A DNA stretch of 64,000 nucleotides from Epiperipatus broadwayi. Its lineage: Eukaryota > Animalia > Onychophora. Below, in pieces: positions 25,291 to 40,508 of the stretch (position 1 is its first letter; the number at the start of each line of letters is the position of its first letter). A program made the translations under genes and the position numbers. The stretch lies in the NCBI GenBank assembly GCA_028023455.1, contig JAQFVV010000006.1, positions 15,562,001 to 15,626,000 of the forward strand. Reading direction: 5' to 3'. Below the pieces are notes generated by a model, which did not search any database, was not told the DNA's origin, and worked only from the letters and a program-made list of their open reading frames with translations.

Positions 25291-28200
25291 GTTTAATTGA
25301 TGTATAAAACTTATTACTCTCACAAGTATGACATATACCACTCAATAAAAGTATAGAAATCAGATCCTAACTTGCATGAATGTGATGTAGTGAAAATTAT
25401 ACTACAGAAATATTATTCATTAAATGTTCATTGTAAAATATGCATATGGTTGCGATAGCAAAGTATTATGATTCACGATTCTAACATCTCACTATTTAGA
25501 ATTACATTATTAATGGTAACAAGTTGTGCACGTCATTACAATGAACCCATTTTATTAATTAATTACAGCATTTTCAAACTGTTATTATAATTTATTTATT
25601 TATTTTTCAAGTTTTGAAATTAATAATCTCAATTATCTTTATTGTCATAAAACCATCTTTATCTTTTACTATAAATATTTAGAAATTCTTTAATGCCTTC
25701 CCTTTAGCATTAATGTTTTGAATATAGTTGTATTTTAGTGGGGGAATAAATCATTTACAGCATGAAAAAAAAAACATGTATTTTAGCTAAATGGTATAAA
25801 ATTATATTAAATTAAAAATAACTATAATAATTGTAAAGCAGTCAATCCTAGCTTAAGATTGAGCTTCATAGTTTCATCTACTAACCTGTGTTTAAACCCT
25901 ATATCCCATCCCATTCTTTTTGTCATGTATATATATTTTATGTATACATTTGAGATGCGCACCTAAATTATAAAATTTTAATTTTTAAATTAGCATTTTC
26001 ATTATTATTAACTTTATGATTATTAATTATTTTTATTAAAATACATAGGTATGGCTCAAATATATGTATATAGGAGCAAAATACTAACAAAATATTGATT
26101 TTTGTAAATATTTTATAAGTCATTTTTAAACTTTTAAACTTTTTTTTTTTAAAGTACTTTTTTTTATTAAATGTATGTTTTATAAAAACCAAGATGGAAG
26201 ATGCTACAGTTAATTGTCTAAACATAATTAAAGGGTTGGAAGCATTATTGTTTTAATCTGGGGAAGGTATTTTAATTAACGTTTTTTACTTAAAATGGGA
26301 TTAAGATTCAAGATACTTTTGTTATAAACATTTAGTCAAACCTATTTCTAATCTGGAAATAGATTTGAATTTATTTTTGGACATTATCTTACAGTTGCAT
26401 CTTCAAAAACAATTGATAAAGAAAAAGTTTAAAATGGCTGTATTTTGAATCACTGGACAGATTAGATTAGCTACTATAGTGAGAACTAATTGTTAACATC
26501 TCTGTGAAAGTAAAAATGATGTAGTAATAAATCTACCACCTTTTTTGGCCCTGTTGGGTCATCATCTTCTGTGGCTGTACCATTCTGCTGCCCAAGAGTG
26601 AAGTAAAAGTCCAACCTAAGAACTTTAGTATGCTAATAGAAACTTGCTGTCACAGGAGAACTTGCATTTCAATTGCCGTGCATGTGCACTACTAAATTGG
26701 ACCCTTAAAATTGCAAGGTAGCTTTTCTAGCCATCACCTCAAACTAAATCTAGCCTAACTCATGTATCAAGATTTCTTCTAATGTATTACTTAACTGTGT
26801 TTTGTTTTAATATGTAATTTGCTCTTAAGTAATTTTTATAAATTTAATTCTCTCACTTATGCTCTTAACTTTCCTTAACTTTGGTGAGATCATTTATTTA
26901 TATGTGTTTATTATTTAATTTATATATCTGCTTGCTTATTATTAATATGCCAATTTCCAGAAACCTGGCAAACGTAATTTTTAAAATCCTTTTTTTGTCT
27001 TTCAATTAAATTTCCATTAATTAAGGTTTTAACGTTCCCTTAAAACATAATGCATTATTAAACAATGCGCTCATCAGATTGTTTTATGAGTCAACATTTT
27101 ATTCATATCGTAGTATAAAAAATTTTTTTTTTAATTCTGGATTTTCTACCCAGGGTGAATCCAGAACTTAAGCTAATTAACGCTTTGAAATCTTTTAAAA
27201 TGTTTTGTTTTTATTAAATTCTGAAAGAGTGACCCTTTAATTATTTTCTATAACTGCCAGTCTTCTTTTATTTTCCATACTCTTAAAATATCAAATACAG
27301 TACTTACATATTCCAATTACTATAAAAACCATGAAGGTGGGATTGAATTATTTTAAATATCAGAAAAGGAAAAGGGGGTAAATTTTAATATTTTACTATT
27401 TTAGTTATTAAGTAAATCTTAATGTTTGTTTTACTAGATAAAATCTTAACATATATTTTATTTAGGGAAATCTTTCTCTCTATATATAACTGCATAGCAT
27501 ATTATTTGTCTAAATTATGATATTCAAACAAGGGTCATTTATTTTTAAAGCAGTAAATCATATTTCATGTCATTATGGACATTCATTTGTACTGCATTAC
27601 TGACATTCGGCCTAATCTTCATGTTTATATATATTACATGATTTTAGTCTTTTAATCTGGAGGTTGTGACAAGTTCGAACCCATATATTTTCTTCTCAAG
27701 TCTTACCCTGAGGATAGTTAAAACTACCCAGGATGTTGTATAAAAGGGCCTCTGGAAGTGATCCCTAAGTCTGGCACACACTATGCCTACCCACATTTAT
27801 TTCATATAAAATGCCTCTGGTGGTGATCCCGTAAGTTTTGCACATGCTATGCATATTCACTTCTTCATATCAAAGACCTGCATGTCAGCGATGCCCACAG
27901 CATGCCTATCCACTTCCTTCTCATCCAGAAGCCCAACCTTTTCCTCTTAGTTATTTTTGGCTATTATGTCAATACTGCCCAAACTTCATATTATTATTAT
28001 TATTATTATTTCTTTTGCTTATTACCTAGTTTTAGTGCTGTAATAATACTGAAATTGTGCTCTGTTTAAATATATATATATATAAATGCCAACTACTATT
28101 AGTTTTAATAATTAAATTTATTTCAGTTTTATACAATCCCACTATCGTAACATTTCTGTATTTAAGAGTATCTTTATGCCTTGGGGAAAATAAGCGTTCT

Positions 28201-30148
28201 TTTTACCAGAGTTAATTAATGGAATTTGCCATGTTTTCAAATGTATTTTATGTATTTTCACAACTGTAATGGCATGAAAATGGTTTATATTATATCTGTA
28301 ATGAATCTCAGAATGCTCCTGAAGTAATAATGTTAGTCACCATGTTTTGGAACCATAAGTCGAAGCGTTAATAGCAATATTATGTAATTCTTTCTAATAG
28401 TTGATTGGCATCTTAATATTGGACCCACCAAAGGTGTGTGGTTATGTATAGTATATATTATTTAATTAATAAAAGAGCATATGAGAAATAATTGTGTGAA
28501 TGACAATATATAATTATCTATCATTTGGTAGACCGCTTGCTCATTCATGCACATACTAATGTATATAATTAAGTCATAATGCATGATAATTTGTCATTAT
28601 ATTAAACTAATTTTTATTATCTAACTTATTTGAGTAGTTTGAATTCCTCTTTTCTCCACTTCCAAATGTACTGTCATGTTGATATATATTTTAGTTTGGT
28701 CATAGTTAAAAGATGTCTCATTGTTTTGCTCAGCTTTGCTAGTTGGCCGGATTAAAATTAATCCTCATGTGCCATCACTATTATGTTATTCATTAGGTGT
28801 TTGATCTGGGGCTTAGAGAGTGCATTCGAATTCAGGCTGGTCCCTGACCTAAATCTTGGGCTTGACTGGGTTTGAAGTACATTTTGTGAGTTCCAGCTCA
28901 TGTTAGATGGATAAACATATTTTAACCGGTACAATAGATAGATAATTTCCATATGCTGTTTTAATGTTCAAGAATGATCACTTGAATGTTTGTGGTGATG
29001 GTATTTTAGATATGATAATTATTACTAATTTCAATAGCATATAAATAACTTACTACTACTTGAATATGTAATGTTTAAGGTTATTTATTATCATATTACA
29101 GAACACTCTCATTTCAAATACATTACTCAGAATTATTTATAAGCAGACTCGTAATGAATCATTTTAATAAACTTGCAAATACAATTTTTACTGTTCATTT
29201 ATTAATGCTCGTGCATTCAGTCTGACAAAATAATTAATTCCTTTTGTATCCATCCTTCAATTGTATATATAGTAAATAATTCACCACTGACACCTGAAAA
29301 GGCTAAAACTTATTATTAGCGGCAATATTACGAAAATTAATCAAGCCAGCATAAAGATTCATATATTATTTTAAATTACATATTACTAATTTCAACAGCA
29401 CATAAATAATTTACAACTGCTCGAATATATAATGTTTAATTTCTGAACTATGATCACCGCTAATATATTAATTTATTTACAATATACACAATTGGAGGTC
29501 AGATAAAGGAATTCTTTTGTCAGACCGAATGACTGAGTATTGATAAATGAAAAGTAAAAATTGTATTTCCAAGTTTAGTGAAGTGACTCATTATGGGTCT
29601 ACCAGCAAAATAATTCCAAATAACATATTTAGAACGTGAGTACTTTGTGATATGATTAGATGTGGTAATATATTGGACTATTTCCACCAGCCATTATTAA
29701 AGTTTCAAACTTTAAAAAGAGAATGGAAATAATCCAACATATTATGACATTTAAGAAAGATCAGTTTCTTTCTTTGAAAGCTAAAAGTATTTTATTGATT
29801 TTTTTCCTCTTTCAATGTTTCAGCCGGCAAATAGTCTTCTTCAGAACTCAAAACATTGTTTGTTTTTACAACACATATTGCGTAAAATAAAACAAACATA
29901 TACAATTGATTATTTTTAAATACTATAATGGAACTTTCACATTTAAAAAAAGCAGATAAAAATATGCTTAGTATAAACAGTATTTAAGCTTATTTTGACT
30001 TGTGGTTAATGGTGTTTATGACTTGGTATGATTGATCAAAGAGATTTTTCTGTGCTGTAAGCCTTGTATTATCACTGTTATTCAAAAATTAGCTATTATA
30101 TACTATCCTATATTTTATTTTACAATAAGCTAATGAAAGGCATTTAAA

Positions 30149-30223
30149 TGCAAGCATTGGTAGGTGGGAGGTGTTGCTTGCAGACAGTTGTTGCGGGTTT
30201 GCTTCCTGGCCGATGCTTTGACA
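30149..30223 (+). mobile_element. Family C tRNA-like SINE, deleted
   Basis: ...gggtttgcttcctggccgatgctttgacaaatgg followed by A-tail. Confidence 0.6.
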
Positions 30224-30759
30224 AATGGAAAAAAAAATGCTGACATTCAGAATATTCTAAAATATGGATTTAAATGTATTTAATTACATGATCTTAACAC
30301 ATGAAGTGAGTAGAGCAAAGTAAAATAATAATAATTAATTACAGAAAATGCTAAACCACTTTAATTAATTCTTAAATACCTTTATATATGGCCAAGAGCT
30401 TTGGTTCTGATTATGAAGATTATGTTAATTAGTTTCCTCTCATGTACACCAATTTTTTCCCCTCAAAATAAAGATTATTTTTCTAGAATCAAACAGCCAT
30501 ATTTCATCCAAAAATGTTTAATTGTCCATTATTAGAATATCTTTTTAAGGTTGTATATAGACTGGCTATTTAAAAAAAATCCAAAATTACTTAACAATCT
30601 GTAACATTTCCAGCATTGGTCTTGATTTAAACCCATATTACAGGCCTGGACCCTAATATACCATAAAATTCTTCTATTATGTACTACTTGAATATATAAA
30701 ATTTGCTTGCCAATAAAGATAAAATAAAATAAAATAAATATTTTAATTTGATTTATATT

Positions 30760-30915
30760 ACACAGAGGCTAAAGTTTCCATAAGTAGCACCACCATTGCA
30801 AGCCAGAGTAATCAATGGATTCAAGAAGGTTACTCTAGCTTGCAATGATGGCGCCACTGTATGGAGAGTTTAGCCTCTGTATAAACATTTTGTGTAAGCA
30901 TAAGTAATGGTAATG
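30760..30915. mobile_element. Family A short foldback
   Basis: 30760-30815 inverted at 30830-30882. Confidence 0.8.
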
Positions 30916-31109
30916 GTGTTGATCTATATTATTAATATTTATAATAATTGTATTATAAATAAGAATAGTAGATCTAAGAATAATAAAAAATGGATAAAAC
31001 TTTCATACTTCCCTAAAATTTATCATGCATTGCTAAAAAATAATATATACATAGATGAATGTATTAACATAGGAATGGTCAAACAGTAAAAATCTTGATA
31101 AATTTATAA

Positions 31110-31400
31110 ATAATTATAAAATAAGAGATATGAAATATAAAAAAGAAATTGTATATAAAATTATTTGTGGAGATTGTGATATGGTTTATTATGGATAAAC
31201 AGGTAAACAATTAGTTGAAAAAGAAAAAAATACTATTAATAAAAAAGATGATGGATTTGCCTTACATATTCATTATTTAAAATATGAACATAATCAAAAA
31301 TATAAGATCTTTAAATTATATTGATAACTAAATATAAAGAAGGTATATGAAACCAATTACATTAAATATAACAAAAATAAGTGTATTGAAGCGATCGGTG
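31110..31400 (+). mobile_element. Penelope-like element GIY-YIG remnant
   Basis: From 31145: EIVYKIICGDCDMVYYG*TGKQL. Confidence 0.65.
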
Positions 31401-33989
31401 TGTATATACACAGAGCTTCATGATAGTTGTTTAAAAATAAATATATATCTAGATTTGATAGATCAAATAGCTATTTTTTCATGTTTTATTAGAAAATAAT
31501 ATACAGATGCATGGGTGTGGGTTATTGAATGAGAAGGCATATATATATTGTTTTGTTGAAATACATTTTTTTAGTTATATATTTGGAAAAAATATATATA
31601 TTTCCTTTGTCTCTATGTTTTTCCTAAATAAAAAAAAGAAAAGTGGAAAATATAAGTTGACTCATTCTTTCTTTGCAAATAACATTTTTATGAGTCTGTT
31701 TTTTTTAAACATTCATATAGTTGCATGGAAATGCTAATTATTTCTCATCTTTAAAGGCAGTGAAAATTTTCATACCTTAATTTAATCATGATAGGATTTT
31801 GCTAACTAGTTTAAATTAAAATTCAGTCAACCAGTCTATTTTCATTTCTAACAAAGGTTGAATCTGAAGGCAGTTATGATATGTGTGTTAAAAAGAAAAT
31901 TAAGAGTAAACAATGAGACAGGATTTTTGGTTTTGCTGAGTAGTTTTTTTTAAGTTACAGGCTTATAAATACTGGGCTATTTATCTAGTCAAGGCAGTAA
32001 AAAGTCAAAGAAAATAAAAAGAAAAAAAGTCAAAGCAGAGAAAGTGAAAGTAAAAGGCAAACTCAAGCTCTCTCTAATAGACCCTTTGAATATAAGCTGA
32101 TGTCAAATAATCATCATGACTTCTGAGTAGATGTTTATTCTTCCCCTCAGGGAAATCTCCAGAAAAATTGCATCTATGGAGAGAAAAAATCTATTGATTC
32201 CATGTTGCTGCTGCTGAGAAAATGGAGAACCAAATTTGAATCCAGCCTGTCCTATGTCCAGTAAAGCCAAAAGTCAGTCCTGAAATAAGTGTGAACCAGT
32301 AAGAAGACAGTTGCCTCATCAAAGTGACATCAAACAGCAAGTATGAACTTTTAATCCTTCAAGATAAAATAATTAAAATGCCTTCTATAAATAAAAAAAA
32401 CTCTAGAATATCTAAATTTAAAATTCTCAGATTTATAACTGCTCAGTACAAGACTATATCTTAAAAAAGGATGTGTTTCAAAAAGATAGTGATATATATG
32501 AGTGTATTAACTTTTTTATTTTAGCAAGTCAATCTAGGTCGTGACTTATTTTTCTAATTATTAATGTACAAAATGTTCATTTCTGAGTTATTAATGGAAC
32601 AAAGTGCTATAAAGTTTATAAATGCAGTTTTTATTATTTATTTTGAAATATGCCAGTATGATTTCTTTAATTATAAAAATATACTCTTTATTGATTAATT
32701 TTATCTATGCCAAACTCAGCCAGTATTGGACAGATTATATTTTACTATTAAATCAATTTATGCCTAAATTTGTTTATCTCAAATCTTAAATGGGAGAATG
32801 GTAATTATTTTATAATTGTAAAGTGACAAACAGTCAAACTTGAATTTCTTAAATCATTTGTCCAATTCTTGCTAGTTAAAAATGTCATTTATTTTTTTTA
32901 AAAAGAGAGAAAAAATCAAATATCTGAATTAAAATTTACCATCTACTCATATATACCTTGTTAATAGAAATTAAGAATATAAAAGAGTGTTAAAATCATT
33001 ATCTATTTAATTTAGATTTGATTAAGATTCTTTATGACAGTTAAAAGAAATAATATATATATATGCGTTTATTTATGTGTTAACAAAAGATAATAATGAT
33101 CATGCTCTTTTTCTTAAATGTTAAACGAGCAGTATTACTTGTTATAAAAGTATGAGTTCATCTCACTATATATATATATTTAGTGATGCATACATTTAAG
33201 GGAAAGTATTATCTCAGCAGTTGTATTTCTTTTACCTCTTTAGCAATTTGCGTTGATAATTTTGTAGTTAAGTTTTATATTTAAGCTTATAGGCATTTTA
33301 TAACCTATTACTTGTTATTAAATTTTAAATACAGGCTTAGGAAAATATCTATACAGATATGAGTTAATGCTTTTTTTAGGCTAATATATCAGTGTAACTT
33401 GGTAGAATGTCCTGTATCTATGCGGTTTTTAATAATGAATATGTCGAGTAATGCTATGCGAGCTGCTTGACAGATATTTTTACCGATCCTGGAGATAGCC
33501 ATTTTTTTGAGCCTTAAAATGGGTACTTTATGATGATAGGGATTCATAGCCCACATTCCATTTCCTACACATGCCACACTGACTGTGAATGTTATCTATA
33601 TATTTTACTGCTCAATATGGAGATTGGCTATCTCGACAATGCCAATAATAACATAGCTGGGACCGGATTCAAACCCAGATGCCACTGTCTTCCGTGATTA
33701 GATTTCTTGATCATGCCTGTTAGTAATGCTGTGTGGGACAGATAAACCATATTTATCATATAACTGTTAATAATAAAGGATGCTAGAATTATGCTTTGGT
33801 CCATAACTCCTGCTGGGAAAACTAAAAGTAAATATAATAATAAAAAATATACTTAGCTTCCCCTATGTATGTGAACACACACATAATATTGTTATGTATA
33901 TATTTCTGGCCTCTAACTTAATATAACCAGGTATTGTGTTTACTCTTGACAATTGGCATATTGGAAATTATGGTGGCATATTTCTTGAT

Positions 33990-34450
33990 CAAATGTTAGC
34001 ATTATCAGCATATATTTGTTTATGCCCATACCCCTATAACACTGATATTTACTATTTGTTGTAATTATTGTTTCTGGTTAATTTGTAATACCCTTACAGT
34101 ATCATACTGATTCATAATTGTTGTCATCATCATTGACAGTATGACTTCATTGTAATGCTCACACACATCTAATACTGATGTTTAAATACTATGGTAATTA
34201 TTATTTCTGGTTCATAACTTCTGTTGTCATTATTAACATGTGATTTCATTGTAATGTTTACACAATTACCATAGTGATACACAAGTGTTATTGCCATTAT
34301 TAACTGACAGTTCTTTTCTAATACTCACACACATCTAATACTGATGTTTAATTACTGTTGTAATTATTTCTGGTTCATAACTGTTGTTGTCATTATTGGT
34401 GTATGATTTCTTTGTAATAATCATACAGTTATCCAACTGATACACTGTAA
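33990..34450. repeat. Degenerate minisatellite
   Basis: aat(g/a)ctcacacacatctaatactgatgttta...tttctggttcataact at ~34155 and 34321, plus weaker units. Confidence 0.6.
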
Positions 34451-34590
34451 TAAATGTTTGTATGTTAATTACTGGCAGTGGCTTATTTTATTCTTTTTTA
34501 TATATACTCTTAGATTATATTATTAAATCTCTGCCATTCCACTGAGCTAGTGACATGGGCTAACGACCGGAACCAAAATATTTAAAAAAA
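34445..34590 (-). mobile_element. Family D short interspersed repeat
   Basis: Reverse complement of 62815-62965; contains A-box-like TAGCTCAGTGG. Confidence 0.6.
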
Positions 34591-36844
34591 AGAAAAAAAA
34601 AATTTTTTTTTTTTGACTTACGTATCTGCCTACTTTATAAATTTTTCTAGGTTCAAATACCTAGATGGCGCCCTGTAGTGCAGTTTATGTAAGTCACCTT
34701 CTCTGGATTGTTACAACACAAATACTGTTACTATAATCTATAGATAATTCTTTGGTAATGCGTACACATGTATAATAACCATATTTCAATATTGTTGTAA
34801 TTATTATTTTTGGTTCATATGTAATGCCCATACACGGATCATAATAAGATCCAAACATTGTTATTATTATTTCTATCTTCTACTGAATTTGTGTTAATAA
34901 ATCATGTATGTCTATACATTTGTCATGTCATTCCCTGGTTTATCACATCTATCCAATTATATCCACACTTAATTCAATAATCTATGTGTATATTCAAAAC
35001 CTATGAAATATTTAAAATAATATTCTGAGCGGTATCAACATATTAGGTTCTGATGGTGCTGGTGAGTATCTTAGATTAGTTTAATAATTCTAGTGCATGA
35101 CAGGCTGAGTTTGAATCAATAGAGTCCTTGTTTCACCCTGACCACCAGGACGAAAAAAAACGATTACCATTAGTAGCATCAGGAGCGTTGGTCAGATAGT
35201 GGTTTTGGAGCACTAGCAAATAGGTTAAAGTTTAGTAATGTTCTGCGAATACTATATCCCGGACATGCTGGGTTTAAAGTACTTTTGCTAGGTCTCTGAA
35301 TCTTGTTGGCTGATCACACGATTCTGACTGTTACTGTATGTACATATATAAAACATCAATTATTTGATTAATAATTGGCTAATGATAAATAAATGGAAGG
35401 TTATGTAATATATATTTATACAGGGTTTTTATACCTTTAAAATATTTTATGGTTTTAATAGGTTATAGTTAATTTTATAAAAAAAGATAGATGTCGCTAT
35501 GTATGCAAGGTAGATTATAATTGTAAATTAATTGAAGCACATTAAAATGGGAAAAAAATTAATATTTGCCGAAGAGCTTTTTGTGTGTATGTATATGATT
35601 ATTATTACATATACTATTTCTATTATATATTTTATATTGTATTATATCATTGATTTATTTTAATTACATGGTGTTATTATGGCAAATATATATAATAATC
35701 ATTTAATATACATACTGAATAGTAGCTAATTATTACATCTTTTGATATAGTGTTTTGTACCTTTACCTATCGTGGCTCAAAAACAATCACAACTTTTTCA
35801 GCTTCTATATAAGCTTATGATCTTTTTTGCCAGAAGTCAAATCCTAACTAAATTTGAGTTGGTGGTTTATTTTTTAAACCTTCAACAGATTAACATTACC
35901 TCTGCTCTCCCTAGTGGTAATTTTTGTAAATATTCAATATTTTATTTTAATCTTTAAACCTTTACTCTATATTAGAGTTCAATAAATTGTGTTTGATTTG
36001 TTAGAAATATGGTTATAAGTGAAAAATATTCTAAAAAATCATATTTGATATTTGAATTTTGCAAATTTAAAAAAATTGTAAAATGAAATACGTAATGAAA
36101 ACATTTATCTTTTTCTTATTGGCTAATTAGTTTAATGCTATTAAAAAATAAATTAAAATCTTTGTTAATTAAATTTCATTTGCTAAATGTATGAAAGCCT
36201 GTTCTAAAATTTAAAATTGCATTTACAATTATAAAAATATCACAAATATTTTAACTGACAGCATTTTTTAAATCTTTACTTGCCAGTTACTTCCTGTAAC
36301 TGGGTTATTAATTTGAGGATTTTTTTTTCCTTTCGGTTATTTTTGACAGAATATAATGAGCATATTTTTTTTTTTATCATTACTTTGAATTTATTAACTT
36401 GTACTTATTAAAAATAAATAATTTTTTTAAAGAAAAAAAATTATATAGAATTATGAAAACATTAAAAAAAAAAAAATTACTATGCACATATTTTTAAAAA
36501 ATAACGATAAAATATTTAAATAAATGGCAGAAATTTTTTTTTGCTTGTCACTAACAATAAAAGCAAAGTTTACAAGAGTTGTCCTGCAATTGTTCTCTCA
36601 AAGAATTTACCAATCAGTGTTTTAGCATAAAGCTTTGGCTTCTTTGAAAAATTTTTTGATATGTGGAATCTACTCTTCCTATTTTTTAAATTAATAAATC
36701 AATATTATTTTTAAGTCCATTTTTTACCATCAAATGAATACAAAACAATAAAATAGTGCTACAGGTAGTTGTAGGAGTATTGGAAAGCTGAAGAACCAGA
36801 AACATTCTCCAAATAAAGTACTTTGTATGTAGCAATTAGTTAAA

Positions 36845-37200
36845 CCATCAAACATCACACAATCACCATTCTTTATGCACACACAAGCTATTTGCACAAA
36901 GTCAAAACTTTCCATGCAGTAGTGCTACTCAGTGCAAGTCAGAGTAATCAATGGATGCAGGAAGGATTGTGCATAAAATCCTTATCTAGTGCCTACTCAC
37001 CCAATATCCCCAGACTAGTTTTTAGTTTGTGGATCTTAGATCTAAGGCTCCTCACTAATGAAAATCCACAACTAGAAACTAGTCCAGGGATACTGAATGA
37101 GTAGGCATTAGGTAGGGATTTTATGCACAAACCTTCCTGTATCCATTGATTACTCTGGCTTGCACTGAGTGGCACTACTGTATGGAGAGTTTTGCCTGTG
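36845..37200. mobile_element. Family A foldback with inversion centre inside the HHR
   Basis: 36900-37030 inverted at 37065-37200; centre tggatcttagatctaagg; plus core CTAATGA. Confidence 0.9.
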
Positions 37201-38334
37201 TAGTAATTAGTTAAGTCCTTTTATCAGAATCAAAAGAGAAGCTATCATCTGTTACATAACAAAGGCCAAGCTAATTACAATAAATCACCCACCCACCCAA
37301 CTTATGTGAAATATGACAGAGCAAGAACAGCTACATACTTTAGTGTCATCTATTGGAAGCTTAAGTAGTCAGTAATTAATTTATATTAGTGTATTATTAA
37401 TTAAAACTAAAATAGGAAGTTGCTCTTATCATCTAAACCAAACTATAAAATATCTTTTTTTTTTATCTTAATAAGTTTTGAGACTCGACTATATTTTAAA
37501 AAGACAGAAAGAGAGAGGATATATATATACTGCTTTTCTGATTTCCGTTTTCACGATTCTATCAAAGACATAACTAAGCAGTGCATTGTATTATTTTTAA
37601 AAAATTAATTTTGTACTATAATCTACAACTTTTTCCAATTCAGAAGTCTTTAATAGTAAGTACTTTTTTTTTCAGTGAGCCTTTAACTGAAACTACAGCA
37701 CAGTATTATATTACTGAAGCAATAAACACCTCAAGACCCATAAAATTTATTTCCAGTTATTGTAAGACTGTGAGTCTGGTATTTTATCTACAACAATTCA
37801 AGCAAATATATCGTTTGGCACTAAAAACATTTATTTTTTATTCTTTCCCTGTTCTAGTTTACGTTTTAAGTTATTTTAACCAATCAGCATGAATTATTAA
37901 ATTTAATCTACACTAATTAATTAAAATATTTCGATTCCCATTCATTTTGGACATGAAATATGGAATCTACGATAAATTATTTGCCAAAATTATTTAATAA
38001 TTTTCGCTTAATTGCACTTGTTAACGCTAACGATTATAGGGGCACCCTTGATGAGACATTGAAAGATGAAATATACTTTACATGAAAGTTTATTTACACA
38101 AGTATATTACTGAAATTAAATTGAAAAATTACAATCAAAACATTAAAAACAGAGAGAGATTCTAAATCGTCATATATTATGTAGGTCATTCAATATTGCA
38201 GTAGCAACTTTCCATACAGTAATGACACCCAGTACCAGCCATTGTAATTAATGGATTTTAGGAGGAAGAAGGTATTTGGGTATTTAACCAATTTAGGTAA
38301 AATGATAATGGAAAATACCCAAATTTTCACTACC

Positions 38335-38595
38335 CAGTGGAAAAACTCTCCATACAATATCACCATTCAGTGCAAGCCAGAGTAATTAATAGATGCAGGA
38401 AGGTTTGTGCATAAAATCTCTTTTAGTGCCTACTCGTCCAATATCCCCAGACTAGTTTCTAACTTGTGGCTTTCATCAATAGGAACCATCCTGCATCCTG
38501 GCTTGCATTGAATAGCACTACTGTATGGAGAGTTTTGCTTCTGTGTAAACAGCTTGCGTAACATAAAGAATGGTGATCATATGATGTTTAGTGAT
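38335..38595. mobile_element. Family A foldback
   Basis: Minus HHR 38437-38485 TTGATGA...GAAAC TA GTC, then inverted arm. Confidence 0.8.
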
Positions 38596-38779
38596 TCTCA
38601 ACACAGCAATAAGCAGACTTTTTGAGTACTACGTCTCTCTTTTATTCTTTCTCTATGAGCAGTTTTGTTCTAAAGTGAGTCATATAAAAGTTATTTTATC
38701 TTAAAACAAAAATTATATAAAAAGCTAACCATAACATAAATATTATAGCTAATTGAAGATGGATTAATTAATATAGTAT

Positions 38780-39160
38780 CTCTATGTCTAATGCCTATTC
38801 ATTCAATATTCCAAGAGTTTATAGGTTGTGGTTTTCACCAATGAGGATACTTGGATTTAATGGTTGGGACTTCAAAATGTAGAGATGCTGAACTGGGTTC
38901 AGATCTATATGACTATACAAGCTAATGAGCTTGAATTGAAAACATTACTCTTTCTGTTTTGGATTCCTAGTTTTATAGTTAACCAAATAAGTAAAAGGTG
39001 GCTGCTGGAGGGTTGTATTGGAGTTTAAGATCTAGGTGCAGTGCTCTCAAATCCAACACTCTTCACTGATGAAAGCCACAAGCTAGAAACTATTCTGGGG
39101 ATATTGTATGATTAGGCACTAGATAGGGATTTTCACTGCTATGTGGAAAGTTTTGCCTCT
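38780..39160. mobile_element. Family A minus fragment plus plus-strand copy
   Basis: Plus HHR 39052-39108: TCCAA CAC TCTTCA CTGATGA AAGC CACAA GCTA GAAAC TA TTC TGGGGA (stem III G>T). Confidence 0.8.
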
Positions 39161-39394
39161 ATATCCACATATACTGTATATTATCATTTTATTCACTGCT
39201 TTATAAAGCAGAACTCATTAGTTATTAATACCTATTGTATGTTTTTATATACATATATGGAATGGAACTGTTTTACAAAAAAATAATTTTAAATATAAAA
39301 ATTTTAAATCAATAATTTAGATTTAATAATTTTAAAAACTTTAAAATCAATTTTAAATCTATTCATCCTATTAACAATGTTATTTGTCTTAATA

Positions 39395-40160
39395 ACAATA
39401 CCAAACTCTTCATACAGCAGTGCCATGAAGTGCAAGCCTTCATAATCAATGGATGCAGGAAGATGTTTGCATAAAATCCCTATCTAATGCCTACTCATCC
39501 AACATCTCCAGACTAGTTTCTAGCTTATAGCTTTCATCAATGAGAAAGTCTTGAATTTGAGAGGACTGCACCTAGATCTTAAGATCTAATGCAACTCTCC
39601 AGCAGACACCTTTTACCTATTTGGTTAACTGTAAAGCTAGGAGCCGAAGATGAAAACAGCATAATGTTTGAAAACCAAGATCATTTGTTTTTACAATCAT
39701 ATAGATCTGAACTCAGTTCATTATCTATATATTTTGATGTCTTTGGTTTTTCAAAAACCACAGTCACCCTTAATCTATGGGCAAGATAGGTATAAAACCA
39801 TTAAAGCATCACATGATAACCATTTCATATGCTTACACTTGTTGTTAATAAAATTATAAAACTCTCTTTACAATAATGCCAACAATTGCAATCATTCATA
39901 ATCAATGGATGCAGGAAGATTTGTGAATAAAATCCCTATTTAGTCCCTACATGTTCACCCTTAGCAGACTAGTTTCTAGCTTGTGGCTTTCATCAGTGAG
40001 GAGCCTTGGATTTGAGAGTACTGCACCTAGATCTTAAAAGGTGGTGCAATTACCCAGATGCCACTTTTTATATATTTGGTTAACTATAAAGCTAGGAACC
40101 CAAGATGAAAACACCATAATGTTTGCAATCCAAGATCATGTTTTTATAGATATATATCTA
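39395..40160 (-). mobile_element. Family A head-to-tail tandem, period 456 bp
   Basis: aaactct at 39403 and 39859; HHRs at 39498-39546 (TTGATGA) and 39961-40010 (intact core, broken 3' stem I). Confidence 0.85.
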
Positions 40161-40358
40161 TATATTGAAACAGTAAAAATTTGCTTTGCAAGTTTTAGTT
40201 TCATCTTTCTTCATTTCTTACCTACCCTCACACCCTAGTTTAAACCCTAGTACTATTGTAATGTGTGTGTTGTGTTTTGATTGGCCAAGATATATGCACA
40301 TGTGAAGCATTTATATATATGATTATTATAAATATGTGAATTAGTAATCTAAAGGAAT

Positions 40359-40508
40359 GATAAATTAATTAATTTAATTTATAATTTGAAAGTATGTTTG
40401 CATGTGGGTATATGTATAAAAACATAAATCAGATAAATTAATTAATTTAATTTATAATTTGAAAGTATGTTTGCATGTGGGTATATGTATAAAAACATAA
40501 ATCAGATA
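40359..40508. repeat. Exact tandem duplication, period 73 bp
   Basis: gataaattaattaattt...cataaatca at 40359 and 40432. Confidence 0.9.

Noticed and set aside
27705-27735. CTGAGGA TAGTT AA AACTA hairpin
   Set aside because: GAAA half of the core is absent
31958-32100. Acceptor-like site followed by a Lys-rich frame (SSQGSKKSKKIKRKK...)
   Set aside because: All frames from the acceptor hit stops; A-rich low complexity
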